Positions 1-8,951 of a stretch of 33,568 nt of DNA are shown here, piece after piece; the first letter of the stretch is position 1, and each line of letters opens with the position of its first letter. This DNA is from a plasmid. Where the stretch lies: the NCBI RefSeq assembly GCF_988242995.1, contig NZ_OZ547045.1; one strand, written 5' to 3'. The translations under genes and the position numbers were made by a program. The notes below the pieces were generated by a model. The model was not told the origin of the DNA. It ran no database searches and saw nothing but the letters and a program-made list of their open reading frames with translations.

Positions 1-398
1 TTTTCTTCCGGTGTCAGTTCCTTTTTCTGGTTATTCAACGATTGCCGGGCAACCTGTTGCTGCTGCTGCTGCTGCGACGTCTGCAACGGCGGAACCACAT
101 CATTTTTCGGCGTGTTGTCGATAGTCGGCGGCACATCATCGAAAGACTGGCGCGGTAATGAGCTGGTCATAACCTGCTCTTTGTCCTTTTTGGGATCGTC
201 GGCCAGCTTCTTAACGTGCATCTGGTTATAGACGAACCATCCCACCATTGCCGTACCTATCAGCACCATCAGACCGACAAAGGCCCGCGCACCGGCAATA
301 CGCTTTTTAGGTGAGCCACTAAAGCCCTGGCGCTCATCCTCGATGCCGGTATCTTCTTCATCGAGGTAATCTAAGTTTTCCTCTCTGTCTTTGCTCAT
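1..398 (-). CDS. virB10: VirB10/TrbI-family T4SS core protein, N-terminal part; continues across the window ends into 32809..33568
   Basis: The minus-strand ATG at 398..396 overlaps the virB9 stop (ATGA). Translation is MSKDREENLDYLDEEDTGIEDERQGFSGSPKKRIAGARAFVGLMVLIGTAMVGWFVYNQ..., with a TM helix followed by a Gln-rich linker. Joining base 1 to base 33568 reads ...[13 protein letters not shown] in frame. Confidence 0.85.
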   Translation of the reverse strand, partial: MSKDREENLDYLDEEDTGIEDERQGFSGSPKKRIAGARAFVGLMVLIGTAMVGWFVYNQMHVKKLADDPKKDKEQVMTSSLPRQSFDDVPPTIDNTPKNDVVPPLQTSQQQQQQQVARQSLNNQKKELTPEE

Positions 399-1282
399 GA
401 TTTATCCCCCTCATCTTTTTTTACGCGCTTAACGTCTGGTGACGTAGTGCCGGTATTGATCGCCCCAAGATTTGGGTTGTAATTCATATTCAGGACGCCG
501 ACGACTTTATTCCCGTAACGAACACGCCATTCTTTAGCTACCGTTTCAGCAACAACAACGTTGTTATATTCACCGGCAGGGTGCTGATTAGGGGTATGCT
601 CTTTGCCATCAGCGCCAATATAAAACACAACGGGTAAATCTGCGTTTGCAGGGAATTTAAAATAGGTGAAACGGAAATTATCCCAGACGTTTACCGGGGC
701 CAAAGACCGCGATTCATCCTCATCGGACATTTTATAAAGCAGGTTGTAAGGCCCATTCTGAAGGTCTTTTAACGCCTTTTTCACGCGGTTGCTTTCCAGC
801 GTTTTATTTGCTTTTTTCATATCCTCAAACGGATAGAGATAAGTAAGCTGGAGAGTGGCATTTTTCATGCTCCACGGGGTTTTGATAAAGTTGGCTTTAA
901 CATTACCCTGGGCGTCTGTCGTGGTGTAGTCACCTACATAGTGCAGCACGATGTTATAAGTGCGCTTATTTGTGACCAGCACAAGGTTGGTGTCGCTGGG
1001 TACTTCCCCCTTCGGTTTGATGAACATGTTATTTTCTACATGGGTAAACGCATAACTATTGCTGTCACCAAAAGCATGTGTCACATAGCTTTCATCAGGC
1101 GCAACCACTATATGAGTGGCAACACCGGCAACGGAATCAATGCGCACCACATCAACCGGGTTATACACCACAGATTTAATCCGGTAGTCATATGGGCTAC
1201 CTTTCCCCACTTCCAGCGCCAGCGCCTGACCAGAAAGGCCAAGACTGACCAGAATTAAACCGGCAATTAATTGTTTTTTCAT
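395..1282 (-). CDS. virB9: VirB9-family T4SS outer-membrane core protein
   Basis: 295-aa ORF with a signal peptide (MKKQLIAGLILVSLGLSGQALA). It sits between virB8 and virB10 with overlapping or adjacent stops and starts. Confidence 0.9.
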   Translation of the reverse strand: MKKQLIAGLILVSLGLSGQALALEVGKGSPYDYRIKSVVYNPVDVVRIDSVAGVATHIVVAPDESYVTHAFGDSNSYAFTHVENNMFIKPKGEVPSDTNLVLVTNKRTYNIVLHYVGDYTTTDAQGNVKANFIKTPWSMKNATLQLTYLYPFEDMKKANKTLESNRVKKALKDLQNGPYNLLYKMSDEDESRSLAPVNVWDNFRFTYFKFPANADLPVVFYIGADGKEHTPNQHPAGEYNNVVVAETVAKEWRVRYGNKVVGVLNMNYNPNLGAINTGTTSPDVKRVKKDEGDKS

Positions 1283-1284
1283 GA

Positions 1285-2007
1285 TCAGCCCCCCACAGCG
1301 CCAACGTTCTCAGCGTTCTTACGGTAACTCGTTACACGGAAGCCAAGCGGATTGATATAGCGCTGCTGCGCGGTCATTGGTAACGCTTTGTACTCATATG
1401 CAATCGTGGCAATCCAGTAGCGCGGAGGCTCAGGGTTTGGACGCTGGCGAATGCGCTGCTGCGTGGTGAAGCGAACGGTGGCAACGCCGTGTTCGCGGTC
1501 GGTTATGACAGAGTTGATATGAACGGTCGTCCTTTCCGTGTCGCCCAACCGCTTATCAATGCGGTTAGCGCCTTTGAACATGGAAAGATATTCATCTGCT
1601 ACATCACCGGCAGCCATCAGGCTCATTGCGTCATAATCAACCTGAATGCTGTTGTAGTCGTAGGACTCGCGGTGAATAACAAATTGTGAGATCCAGTATT
1701 GGTCTATCACATCGCCATAAGTGGCCTCATCGCGGGTAATTTTTACCTGCGATACTTCGCCAGTGTCTTTGTTAATCGTTGTGAGGTATGCCGGTAACGG
1801 CTGCGCAAAACGGATAATTACTCCGACCGCAGTAACCATGCTCACAACTGCAAAGACGAAAAAGGCCGTGGCAATCTTCCAGGCGCGTGAACGTGAATTA
1901 AGGATCTCATTAACCATATCGCGCTCAAGCCCTTGAGTTTCCTCATGGTACTTATTCAGCTCATCCCGCGATATTGCCTGATTTTTGTTTTTCTTAAACA
2001 TTGTCAC
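1285..2007 (-). CDS. virB8: VirB8-family T4SS inner-membrane protein
   Basis: 240 aa with an N-terminal cytoplasmic segment, one TM helix (WKIATAFFVFAVVSMVTAVGVII) and a periplasmic domain. Synteny supports the call. The start is GTG at 2007 or ATG at 2001. Confidence 0.88.
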   Translation of the reverse strand: MTMFKKNKNQAISRDELNKYHEETQGLERDMVNEILNSRSRAWKIATAFFVFAVVSMVTAVGVIIRFAQPLPAYLTTINKDTGEVSQVKITRDEATYGDVIDQYWISQFVIHRESYDYNSIQVDYDAMSLMAAGDVADEYLSMFKGANRIDKRLGDTERTTVHINSVITDREHGVATVRFTTQQRIRQRPNPEPPRYWIATIAYEYKALPMTAQQRYINPLGFRVTSYRKNAENVGAVGG

Positions 2008-2174
2008 TCTCCGTTATTAGCGGCATCTGCACGATACAGCTCTGCGGGATACGTCTTGTTAACATCAACCAGCTTTCTCATGTTGGGTTCTGGCGGCGGC
2101 TTCGGGCTACTGGAACATGCGGCTAACATCAACCCGATAAGGGCCATTGCCGTGTATTTGAAGAAATGCACCAT
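2004..2174 (-). CDS. virB7: VirB7-like small lipoprotein
   Basis: A start at 2174 (MVHFFKYTAMALIGLMLAAC...) is preceded by a GGGAG SD. The protein has a lipobox (LAAC) and a Pro-rich segment. Its position between virB6 and virB8 fits. The ORF-track start at 2219 lacks start signals. Confidence 0.7.
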   Translation of the reverse strand: MVHFFKYTAMALIGLMLAACSSSPKPPPEPNMRKLVDVNKTYPAELYRADAANNGE

Positions 2175-2269
2175 CTTTGTCACTCCCTTTGAGTCAGTCA
2201 CAAAAAAATAATAAGTCATCGAAATTACAATTTCAATGACTTATTAGAAATTTATTTCTACATCGTTTT

Positions 2270-3310
2270 TTAGCGCCGTGAACCCTTTGCGAAACCCTGC
2301 ATTTGAGAGGTCGCAGCGGAGGCCGCACCTGCGCCGGGGCCACCGGCAGCGGTAGCCGCCGCAGTCTTAGCACCAGAGCCGCCACCGGCACCCGCAGAGC
2401 CTTTTTGACCACCATCGCGGAGAGCGCCACCCCCACGGCTACCACCACCACCGTTGTTAGGAACCAGCTCCTGAATGCCCGCAGAAACACCATCCCCCCA
2501 ACGAGCGGCAATTTCAGGTACTCGCTGAAGGATCAGGTAAGAGACAATCATTATCAGCAGACACGCGAACACCGGCCCTAACAGGCTGGTATCAGCCCCG
2601 GAAGCGGTGACGGCATCGAGTGCCTTTTGATAGAACTTAATCATCAAGCCAAACAGCATCGACAGCAGGATTGTAACCAAGCCATAGTTAATCAACGAGC
2701 CAAGCCATTTATTGAACATGCCATGCAGCGGCTTGAATAACAGGCAGAAAATAAAGACAGGCCCAAAGCACACAGTGATTGCCAACAGTAACTTCGCCAT
2801 CAATATCAGCCCGGCCCCGATACCACAGATCAGCACCGTGGAGATAATGACGGCACAAGCCAGGAACAAAGACGCCAACCCGGAACCGCTATAAATATCG
2901 GCGTTATCAAATGCAGTACGTGCAACCTGCATCCCGTCATGAATAGCCTTGTCAATGTTGTTACCCATTGCATCTTCAGTGCCACCAGTCGAACCGTTAA
3001 TAACCAGCACCGAGGAAAACTCATCGGGGATCTTCATGGCCGCATCAGCCAGTTGGGTTTGATACAGCCCGCCCGCACTGGCAAAGCTGATTATCATCGA
3101 CCACACAATGAATTTTTTTATCAACGATGAGAGCGGATCACCATGTGGACGCGCTAATGTAAAAAGCCCGTCCAGGGTTAGTTTGCAAATCAACGCTAAC
3201 CCGATTACCGGTGAAATGGTGGATATAACAATTCCAAGATTAGAGGCCACAAATTCCTTTGTGACCGTATCCATGTAATTGAAAAGATCCGTTGTAAATG
3301 AAAAGGCCAT
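2270..3310 (-). CDS. virB6: VirB6/TrbL-family polytopic T4SS membrane protein with a Gly/Ala-rich C-terminal tail
   Basis: 346 aa with multiple TM helices. The last ~60 aa are GGGGSRGGGALRDGGQKGSAGAGGGSGAKTAAATAAGGPGAGAAS. Synteny supports the call. Confidence 0.88.
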   Translation of the reverse strand: MAFSFTTDLFNYMDTVTKEFVASNLGIVISTISPVIGLALICKLTLDGLFTLARPHGDPLSSLIKKFIVWSMIISFASAGGLYQTQLADAAMKIPDEFSSVLVINGSTGGTEDAMGNNIDKAIHDGMQVARTAFDNADIYSGSGLASLFLACAVIISTVLICGIGAGLILMAKLLLAITVCFGPVFIFCLLFKPLHGMFNKWLGSLINYGLVTILLSMLFGLMIKFYQKALDAVTASGADTSLLGPVFACLLIMIVSYLILQRVPEIAARWGDGVSAGIQELVPNNGGGGSRGGGALRDGGQKGSAGAGGGSGAKTAAATAAGGPGAGAASAATSQMQGFAKGSRR

Positions 3311-3330
3311 GCTTTCCCCCTACGCCCTGT

Positions 3331-3567
3331 TCAGGGCGTGACTTTTGGCAATGAAAGGCCATCGTCATTTTTGCCAAACACTTTTAAATCTTTCTCTGCC
3401 TCCATCGCGTTCTGACAATCTGGCTTCACTTTGAGCGCCGCATCATCACGGCACTTTTCCACCATTGCTTTACGCTCTTTATCGTGCTCCTTGTACCAGG
3501 AAACAGGATGCTCAGAGTCGCAACCGGCCAGCAGGAAAAGAGCTAAAGGTAAAATCAGTTTTTTCAT
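3331..3567 (-). CDS. eex: Small lipoprotein at the entry-exclusion (Eex) position between virB5 and virB6
   Basis: 78 aa with a lipobox (LLAGC). It occupies the same position as eex in pKM101-type operons, as I recall them. Confidence 0.6.
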   Translation of the reverse strand: MKKLILPLALFLLAGCDSEHPVSWYKEHDKERKAMVEKCRDDAALKVKPDCQNAMEAEKDLKVFGKNDDGLSLPKVTP

Positions 3568-3570
3568 GGT

Positions 3571-4278
3571 TTATTCCGTTACGTTAGGCATGGAAAGATC
3601 TTCACCATCAGCACCGAGTACAAAGCGCTTCTGGGCGTATTGTTTTTGTTCCTGCAACATCTTGTCTTGCGAGGTTTGCAGCATTGCCATCAGTTGCAGC
3701 TTCGTTTGCTCCCCCTGAATAGCACCTTGCGCGGTCTGGATACGCGCCTGAAGGTCAGCGATTTGTTTCATATCCGTTGTTGAGTCAATTTGATTGGTCA
3801 GCTCCTGAATGTTGTTCAGCTCTGCCATTTCATTGTTATAAGCGGTCTGCGCCATCACGCGGTCATAAGCCCCTTTTTCAGCCAGTTTCTGCTTAATGAA
3901 ACTCATCGCTTCGGAACGGTTCATACCGTCAATCTGCGACTGAAATTCCTTCAGCATGGATTGAGCCGATGAAGTGATACCGGAATTGCTGTTCATGGCA
4001 TCGCTGTAAACCTGCGTCCAGTCAGACGGTAAATTTCCTTTGAGCTTACTAATGTCGCCATTCAGCAAATTACCAATGCCGGAGTTGCCGGTTAACGAGG
4101 CAAGGGTTTGCTCCTGCCTCAGCAATTGAGATTTGAGTTGTTCAATTTGCTGCGTCATTAACGAAACCTGTTCAACAGCCTGGGCCAGATTAGTAGGATC
4201 GTTAACAACCAGTTGCGCATTAACGGCAACCGGTGAAATAGCCAGAGCTAAAAAAACGCTAACAAGTGTCTTTTTCAT
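3571..4278 (-). CDS. virB5: VirB5-family minor pilus/adhesin protein
   Basis: 235 aa with a signal peptide, followed by a helical, Gln-rich sequence. Located immediately downstream of virB4. Confidence 0.85.
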   Translation of the reverse strand: MKKTLVSVFLALAISPVAVNAQLVVNDPTNLAQAVEQVSLMTQQIEQLKSQLLRQEQTLASLTGNSGIGNLLNGDISKLKGNLPSDWTQVYSDAMNSNSGITSSAQSMLKEFQSQIDGMNRSEAMSFIKQKLAEKGAYDRVMAQTAYNNEMAELNNIQELTNQIDSTTDMKQIADLQARIQTAQGAIQGEQTKLQLMAMLQTSQDKMLQEQKQYAQKRFVLGADGEDLSMPNVTE

Positions 4279-4287
4279 GTCGTTACC

Positions 4288-6924
4288 TCACGCTGCGAGT
4301 ACAGATTTAAAGTAGGATTCGAGCCATTTATCAGGGGTATCATCCCCAATTTGCTCAATGATTTTCGCCAGTGTTTCGGCGTTTTGTGGTTCCCCTGACA
4401 GGATGCTAAGTATCTTGTCCAGCTTCCTGAAGTTCTCAGGCGTCTTAACGCGCGGGGCCAGGTTGAATTGCGCCATCGCACTTTGACTACCTTGTTTCAC
4501 AAGGAACTGGCGGGAGTTCTCAGGAATAGACAACAGCGCGTCAAACTCTGCCGGTGTCAGCTTGAGACGGGTTACGTAGTCCTCATAATCCGCATCCGGG
4601 TTTTCCAGAAGAATTTTAGTTACGCACTGCTGCATGATGGTTTTGCCAATGGCACTATCCAGCGCATCGTTTGGCTCTTGCGTGGAGAATACGTAAACCG
4701 CGTCTTTCTTACGGTCTGTTTTCAGGCCGCGTTTCACTTCCACCCGCATAATGGGATCGTCAAGGTACTGGTGAAACTCGTCGAATATCTGAATAACCCG
4801 GCGGCGGCCATCAATAGACTGACGCACACGGAAATTGAGATACATCAGCAGCGGTGTACGTGTTGCAGGAGGTATTTCATTATCTGCAACAATGAAATCA
4901 GTCAGGTCAAAACCGTAAATATCGTACTCACCGAGATTGAGGGAATCCGCGTCGTTATCGAACAACCACCCGTTTTCATGGCCGCGAGTCCACGGAACAA
5001 GCAACGATGCCAGCGTTTGTTTGCTACCCGCTGTTTGATATGGGTTAGGCATCTGACGCATCAACATATCCACGGTACGTAAATCCGTAGGGATAAGGGA
5101 GTTCTCATCCATCAAAGCGTCAACAGCGCGGTTAAGGTCATTCACCTGATCAGCATCGAGCACACTGCCTTTGGTAATTTCAGCACACAGGCGCATCAGG
5201 CGCTTACAAAACGCAATGTTAACTTTAGTGCCTGGCATCTGTAGAGGTGCCCACCCGGACGCAACACCTTCTTTCAAAACTGTATAGTGACCGTGTAACG
5301 CTTTAATCAGCGGCATCATGCCCTGATCACGGTCATAGGCAAAAATGCGCGGGTTATACTTCATTGATTGCGTCAGCAGGAAATTAAGCAGCGTCGTTTT
5401 ACCGGCCCCCGAACGGCCAAGCATTAACGTATGCGCCAGCGGGCGCTTACCGAAAGACATTTCATCTGCGGGCGTTACATGAAAGTTCATATACAGCGGC
5501 GTATTTGCCACAGTCTTGAACAACGTCAGTGCTGGCCCCCACGGATTATTGTTTGCTTTCCCGGACATAAAATTATGGAAAGGAGAGAAACAAAGAAAAT
5601 TCCAGCTATTCAGCGGGCAAGGGCGCGGCGATAAATGTTGATTAGCCGGGAGTTTTGCATAATAGGCCGCTTCGGAAGCTAACCCTACCTGGCTGGCGAT
5701 CAAGCCGCAATTGTTCAGCATATTTCTGGCTACACCGGCGTTTGAACGGGCCTCTTTGAGAGACTTGCCAAAGGTGTGTACCGTCAAATGATGCCAGCCC
5801 ATGATAAAGGTACGTGAAACCACGCCATCAACGGCGTCACTCATCTGGTTTATCTGCGTAAAGGACGGATCGCCTGTTTCCAGCAGCGCTTTTTGCTGGT
5901 TAGTAAGGTAAGTTCTTGCCGCTTGCTGGGACATACAGCAATACGTTTGAGTTAATACAAACTCAAACGGTGCTTCCATCAGGATATTGATTTGACCTGG
6001 TTCTGTATCAGAATCGTAATCCCGGATTTCAACGGCAGACGTGTAGCGGCGTTCGTCAGTACCGCGAATCTCGATACCATCCCCCCAAAATGAGGATATT
6101 GGGCGGGTAGTAGCTAAATATTCACGGATTCGGCCACGACAAACCGGCACTGGTGCCCACTCACCGTTAACCAGGTAATAGAGCCACTCAAGCGCTTTAG
6201 AATAGGTGTGTTGAGCACCACTAAAGACTTCTTTATCTTCCTGAATGTCCTGATATTCCACATCAGCCAGTAAATCCTCACGCAGATCGATAATGTCCTC
6301 ATCATCATCTTCTTCTGCATCTTCCTTTTTCTGCTCAGGAATGACATTCCCTCGCTTGTCGCGGAAGTAATAGCCTAAACGGTCGATGCCATAAGGACGC
6401 AGGGAGTTCATGACCTGCTCACAAACATCTTCCAACGCACCAATAGCATCAGTTTGCATTTCGCGCAGCTCGTCAGCCGATGGCTTATCAAACTTTGCCA
6501 GCATTTTTTGAGCGGCATCCCCTACCGGGTTATAAACAACCGTTAGGTAGAGGTCATTTACCATCATAGGAGTATCATCAAACTGATCGCGATAGTATTC
6601 ATTCACCATGCGCGGGAACGTCATATTGTAATGCGTGTCAGGATAATTATTAATTTCGCGGTGGTGTAAGTGAGTCCATAACTTAATATGTTCACTACCA
6701 ATACCCTTTAAAAGCTGATTTAAATCGGCATGCCACTTAATAAGTTCGGCATCAGAAGCGCAATCATGAGTTCGCCCCCGAATTTTAAATACAGAAAGGT
6801 ACTCCCCATTTACCGTACTGATAATATGAGGTGTTACATGGTAGGAGTAAGGAATATATTTTAAAGAGGATGGTTCTTTTCTGTAATCTTTAACCCCCCT
6901 CTTTTTCATTTCCGCTACGGCCAT
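4288..6924 (-). CDS. virB4: VirB4-family T4SS ATPase
   Basis: 878 aa with Walker A GRSGAGKTTLLNFLL. Length and synteny are typical of VirB4/TrwK/TraB. Confidence 0.95.
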   Translation of the reverse strand: MAVAEMKKRGVKDYRKEPSSLKYIPYSYHVTPHIISTVNGEYLSVFKIRGRTHDCASDAELIKWHADLNQLLKGIGSEHIKLWTHLHHREINNYPDTHYNMTFPRMVNEYYRDQFDDTPMMVNDLYLTVVYNPVGDAAQKMLAKFDKPSADELREMQTDAIGALEDVCEQVMNSLRPYGIDRLGYYFRDKRGNVIPEQKKEDAEEDDDEDIIDLREDLLADVEYQDIQEDKEVFSGAQHTYSKALEWLYYLVNGEWAPVPVCRGRIREYLATTRPISSFWGDGIEIRGTDERRYTSAVEIRDYDSDTEPGQINILMEAPFEFVLTQTYCCMSQQAARTYLTNQQKALLETGDPSFTQINQMSDAVDGVVSRTFIMGWHHLTVHTFGKSLKEARSNAGVARNMLNNCGLIASQVGLASEAAYYAKLPANQHLSPRPCPLNSWNFLCFSPFHNFMSGKANNNPWGPALTLFKTVANTPLYMNFHVTPADEMSFGKRPLAHTLMLGRSGAGKTTLLNFLLTQSMKYNPRIFAYDRDQGMMPLIKALHGHYTVLKEGVASGWAPLQMPGTKVNIAFCKRLMRLCAEITKGSVLDADQVNDLNRAVDALMDENSLIPTDLRTVDMLMRQMPNPYQTAGSKQTLASLLVPWTRGHENGWLFDNDADSLNLGEYDIYGFDLTDFIVADNEIPPATRTPLLMYLNFRVRQSIDGRRRVIQIFDEFHQYLDDPIMRVEVKRGLKTDRKKDAVYVFSTQEPNDALDSAIGKTIMQQCVTKILLENPDADYEDYVTRLKLTPAEFDALLSIPENSRQFLVKQGSQSAMAQFNLAPRVKTPENFRKLDKILSILSGEPQNAETLAKIIEQIGDDTPDKWLESYFKSVLAA

Positions 6925-7238
6925 TATTTTTTATCTCCATAATCGGTAGGTGAGTAACTAGAGCCGCCCCATAGCTTAGTAAATGGGGAGTTAATCATAT
7001 TTAGCCCTTTCGTCATGATAGCGAGCCATATAATGCGAAACATACGGTCGTCATGCTTGCTGATACAAAATTCAATAAACCACAGCAAGCCAAAAAGAAC
7101 TAAGGCCCAAAGGTGGATCGTCATAAATAACGTCGCACAAAATATGAAGGTGGCAATAATCACTGTTCGCGGAACACCGGCAAATGTCGGCAGTCGCGTA
7201 GCGCCTTTAAATAATGGATATTTACCGGATAAATTCAT
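6924..7238 (-). CDS. virB3: VirB3-family T4SS membrane protein
   Basis: 104 aa containing LFKGATRLPTFAGVP followed by two TM helices. Its stop overlaps the virB4 ATG (TAATG). Confidence 0.88.
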   Translation of the reverse strand: MNLSGKYPLFKGATRLPTFAGVPRTVIIATFIFCATLFMTIHLWALVLFGLLWFIEFCISKHDDRMFRIIWLAIMTKGLNMINSPFTKLWGGSSYSPTDYGDKK

Positions 7239-7260
7239 CGTTTCCTCCCGTTAGATACGG

Positions 7261-7279
7261 GCCGGGGGAAACCCCCGGC
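7261..7279 (-). promoter_or_regulatory. Intercistronic GC hairpin between the pilin gene and virB3
   Basis: GCCGGGGG-AAA-CCCCCGGC forms an 8-bp stem. No T-run follows on the sense (minus) strand. Confidence 0.4.
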
Positions 7280-7287
7280 AAACCTTC

Positions 7288-7578
7288 TTAACTCAGCCCA
7301 AACAGGCCAACCAGGTAGGACGCGGAACCGACGACAATCAGACCGACAACAATACGAACCGCCCAGCTAGCAGGGAGCATATGAGCGATCCACGCGATAG
7401 CACTGACGATAATCAGAACGGTGGCCGCAACCGGAATCCACGTCATTAACCAGGAGTTAACCGAACTCATGGAGGATTCACCGGTATCTGCACCGGCGGC
7501 AAGCGCCAGCTCAGGAGCACACAAAGCAACCATCATGAACATTGCCACCGGGAAATAACGTTTAATCGCTGTATTCAT
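7288..7578 (-). CDS. virB2: VirB2/TrbC-family pilin precursor
   Basis: 96 aa with a long leader ending in ALAAGA and two hydrophobic helices. Synteny supports the call. Confidence 0.88.
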   Translation of the reverse strand: MNTAIKRYFPVAMFMMVALCAPELALAAGADTGESSMSSVNSWLMTWIPVAATVLIIVSAIAWIAHMLPASWAVRIVVGLIVVGSASYLVGLFGLS

Positions 7579-7879
7579 CTTTGTCTAACACTCCATCATC
7601 AGGAAAAATAAAATCAGGCTCATCCAGGAAAAGCCCCACTTCTTTTGCATCAAAATCGTCTCTCAGCATTTCGGCCAGTATCCTCAGATCGGCCCACGTT
7701 CTAACCCCCTCTCCAGACTGGACTCGCAGGGAGCACGTAATTACTCCCCCCTCGCTATTTCTCACATCAAAAAGCGGTATCCATTTCTTTTTATCCATCC
7801 GTTGAATAGCGATACGAATTACTTTTTTTTGATTAAAAACTTCCTCTAACTGCTTCAACAAGATGAGATAAACGCGCAT
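7562..7879 (-). CDS. Small acidic protein between virB1 and virB2; positional equivalent of pKM101/R388 korA, function not recognisable from sequence
   Basis: 105-aa ORF with an AGGAG SD 9 nt upstream. It overlaps the virB2 start by 17 nt. The korA assignment rests only on remembered synteny. Confidence 0.5.
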   Translation of the reverse strand: MRVYLILLKQLEEVFNQKKVIRIAIQRMDKKKWIPLFDVRNSEGGVITCSLRVQSGEGVRTWADLRILAEMLRDDFDAKEVGLFLDEPDFIFPDDGVLDKDEYSD

Positions 7880-7906
7880 TGAGCGAACTCCTGTTACTCC
7901 CTGCTT

Positions 7907-8641
7907 CTACCGAAAAGCGTCACCATCAGATGCACCAAAAGCGTCTTTATCCGAGCCACCAAAGGCATCAGTCATACCGGCATCTTTTGGTTTTTCTTCA
8001 CCAACAGCAGCATCTACCGGCACAGCATCAATAGCAGCATCAACACTTTCTATATCAGTGGAACCATCATCGGCTTTCAGAGCAGGGATTACGGGTTTTG
8101 ATTGCCCTATTTGAGCAACCACCTTCGAAACATAACCGTTTGTAAATCCGGCGGTTAATGAACCCGTATTATAGCAAGACAATGCGTGTCTCAAAGCTGA
8201 CTGCCCCGGCGCATATTCCTTTGTTGCGAGCTGGTAGCAGTAGTTAAGTACCGTTTGTGCAGCTTCAAGATTTTTACAGCCATTAAACAGGTCAGCGGCT
8301 GAAACATTCAATTTTGAGAAATTCGCAGAGTTGATTTGCCCTAAACCTACGTCAAAGTTATAACCATGAGCCGTTAACCATTCGGTCGTTTTCACAGCCT
8401 CATCAAGTGATCGCGGTTGTTTAGCTAGCGGTGATTTCGTACCTTCAGGAACGTTAACGTTTATCGCGTATGGGTTGTTGCGCGATTCATGGCTAACCAA
8501 GTAACCAACAGTTAATGGGTGTACTTCTGGCGCACAACGTTTCGCCAACGCCATAACTGGCGCAGACAGCTCCGCAGTTGCGGGCGTGGCACCCATAAGA
8601 CCAGCAATTAACAGTGGGAAAAGGCTAACAACCTGCTTCAT
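7907..8641 (-). CDS. virB1: VirB1-family lytic transglycosylase
   Basis: A start at 8641 gives the signal peptide MKQVVSLFPLLIAGLMGATPATA. The protein contains an SLT-like core (VSHESRNNPYAINVN ... GLGQINS). The ORF-track start at 8755 would run through the divergent promoter. Confidence 0.85.
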   Translation of the reverse strand: MKQVVSLFPLLIAGLMGATPATAELSAPVMALAKRCAPEVHPLTVGYLVSHESRNNPYAINVNVPEGTKSPLAKQPRSLDEAVKTTEWLTAHGYNFDVGLGQINSANFSKLNVSAADLFNGCKNLEAAQTVLNYCYQLATKEYAPGQSALRHALSCYNTGSLTAGFTNGYVSKVVAQIGQSKPVIPALKADDGSTDIESVDAAIDAVPVDAAVGEEKPKDAGMTDAFGGSDKDAFGASDGDAFR

Positions 8642-8652
8642 CTCTTTTTTCC

Positions 8653-8670
8653 TTGAAATTGCAATTTCAA
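8653..8670. promoter_or_regulatory. Perfect 18-bp palindrome (operator) in the divergent virB1 / H-NS-like promoter region
   Basis: TTGAAATTGCAATTTCAA is its own reverse complement. It overlaps the plus-strand -35 and lies between the minus-strand -10 and the virB1 SD. Confidence 0.6.
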
Positions 8671-8687
8671 TGATTAACTGGTATAGT
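8659..8687 (+). promoter_or_regulatory. Candidate sigma70 promoter for the 8704-10026 operon
   Basis: TTGCAA-N17-TATAGT. A minus-strand TTGACA (8710..8705)-N16-TACTAT shares the same -10 bases and would drive virB1. Confidence 0.5.
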
Positions 8688-8703
8688 AAAGGTAAATTAG
8701 AAC

Positions 8704-8940
8704 ATGTCAAGACAAGATGAAAAGAAGCACAAAACAGAGCAGGAGCGCAAAACATCAGTGCCTAGACGAAAAATCATATTCGTACCCTTGCAGTCAGAAA
8801 AAAGCCCCAAAGGGGAGCCGCGCTACAGAGATCCCACCAATCCATTCAACACATGGGTTGGGAGGGGAAAGCGCCCTGACTGGCTAAAAAAGTATCTTGC
8901 TGAAGGCCGCGAGCTTTCGGAGTTTGAGATAACAGAATAA
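8704..8940 (+). CDS. H-NS-family C-terminal DNA-binding-domain protein (short, lacks the usual oligomerisation domain)
   Basis: 78 aa. RYRDPTNPFNTWVGRGKRPDWLKKYLAEGRELSEFEI matches the H-NS C-terminal motif (TW-GRG-P-W). The N-terminus is short and basic. Confidence 0.7.
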   Translation: MSRQDEKKHKTEQERKTSVPRRKIIFVPLQSEKSPKGEPRYRDPTNPFNTWVGRGKRPDWLKKYLAEGRELSEFEITE

Positions 8941-8951
8941 GGAGTTGACGG

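Noticed and set aside
4468-5082. 204-aa plus-strand ORF antisense to virB4. Similar antisense ORFs lie within virB9, virB8, virB6, the relaxase and coupling-protein genes, nuc (31310..31810) and stbC (23103..23672).
   Set aside because: They are fully embedded opposite strongly supported genes. They have no start signals and show biased, low-complexity composition.
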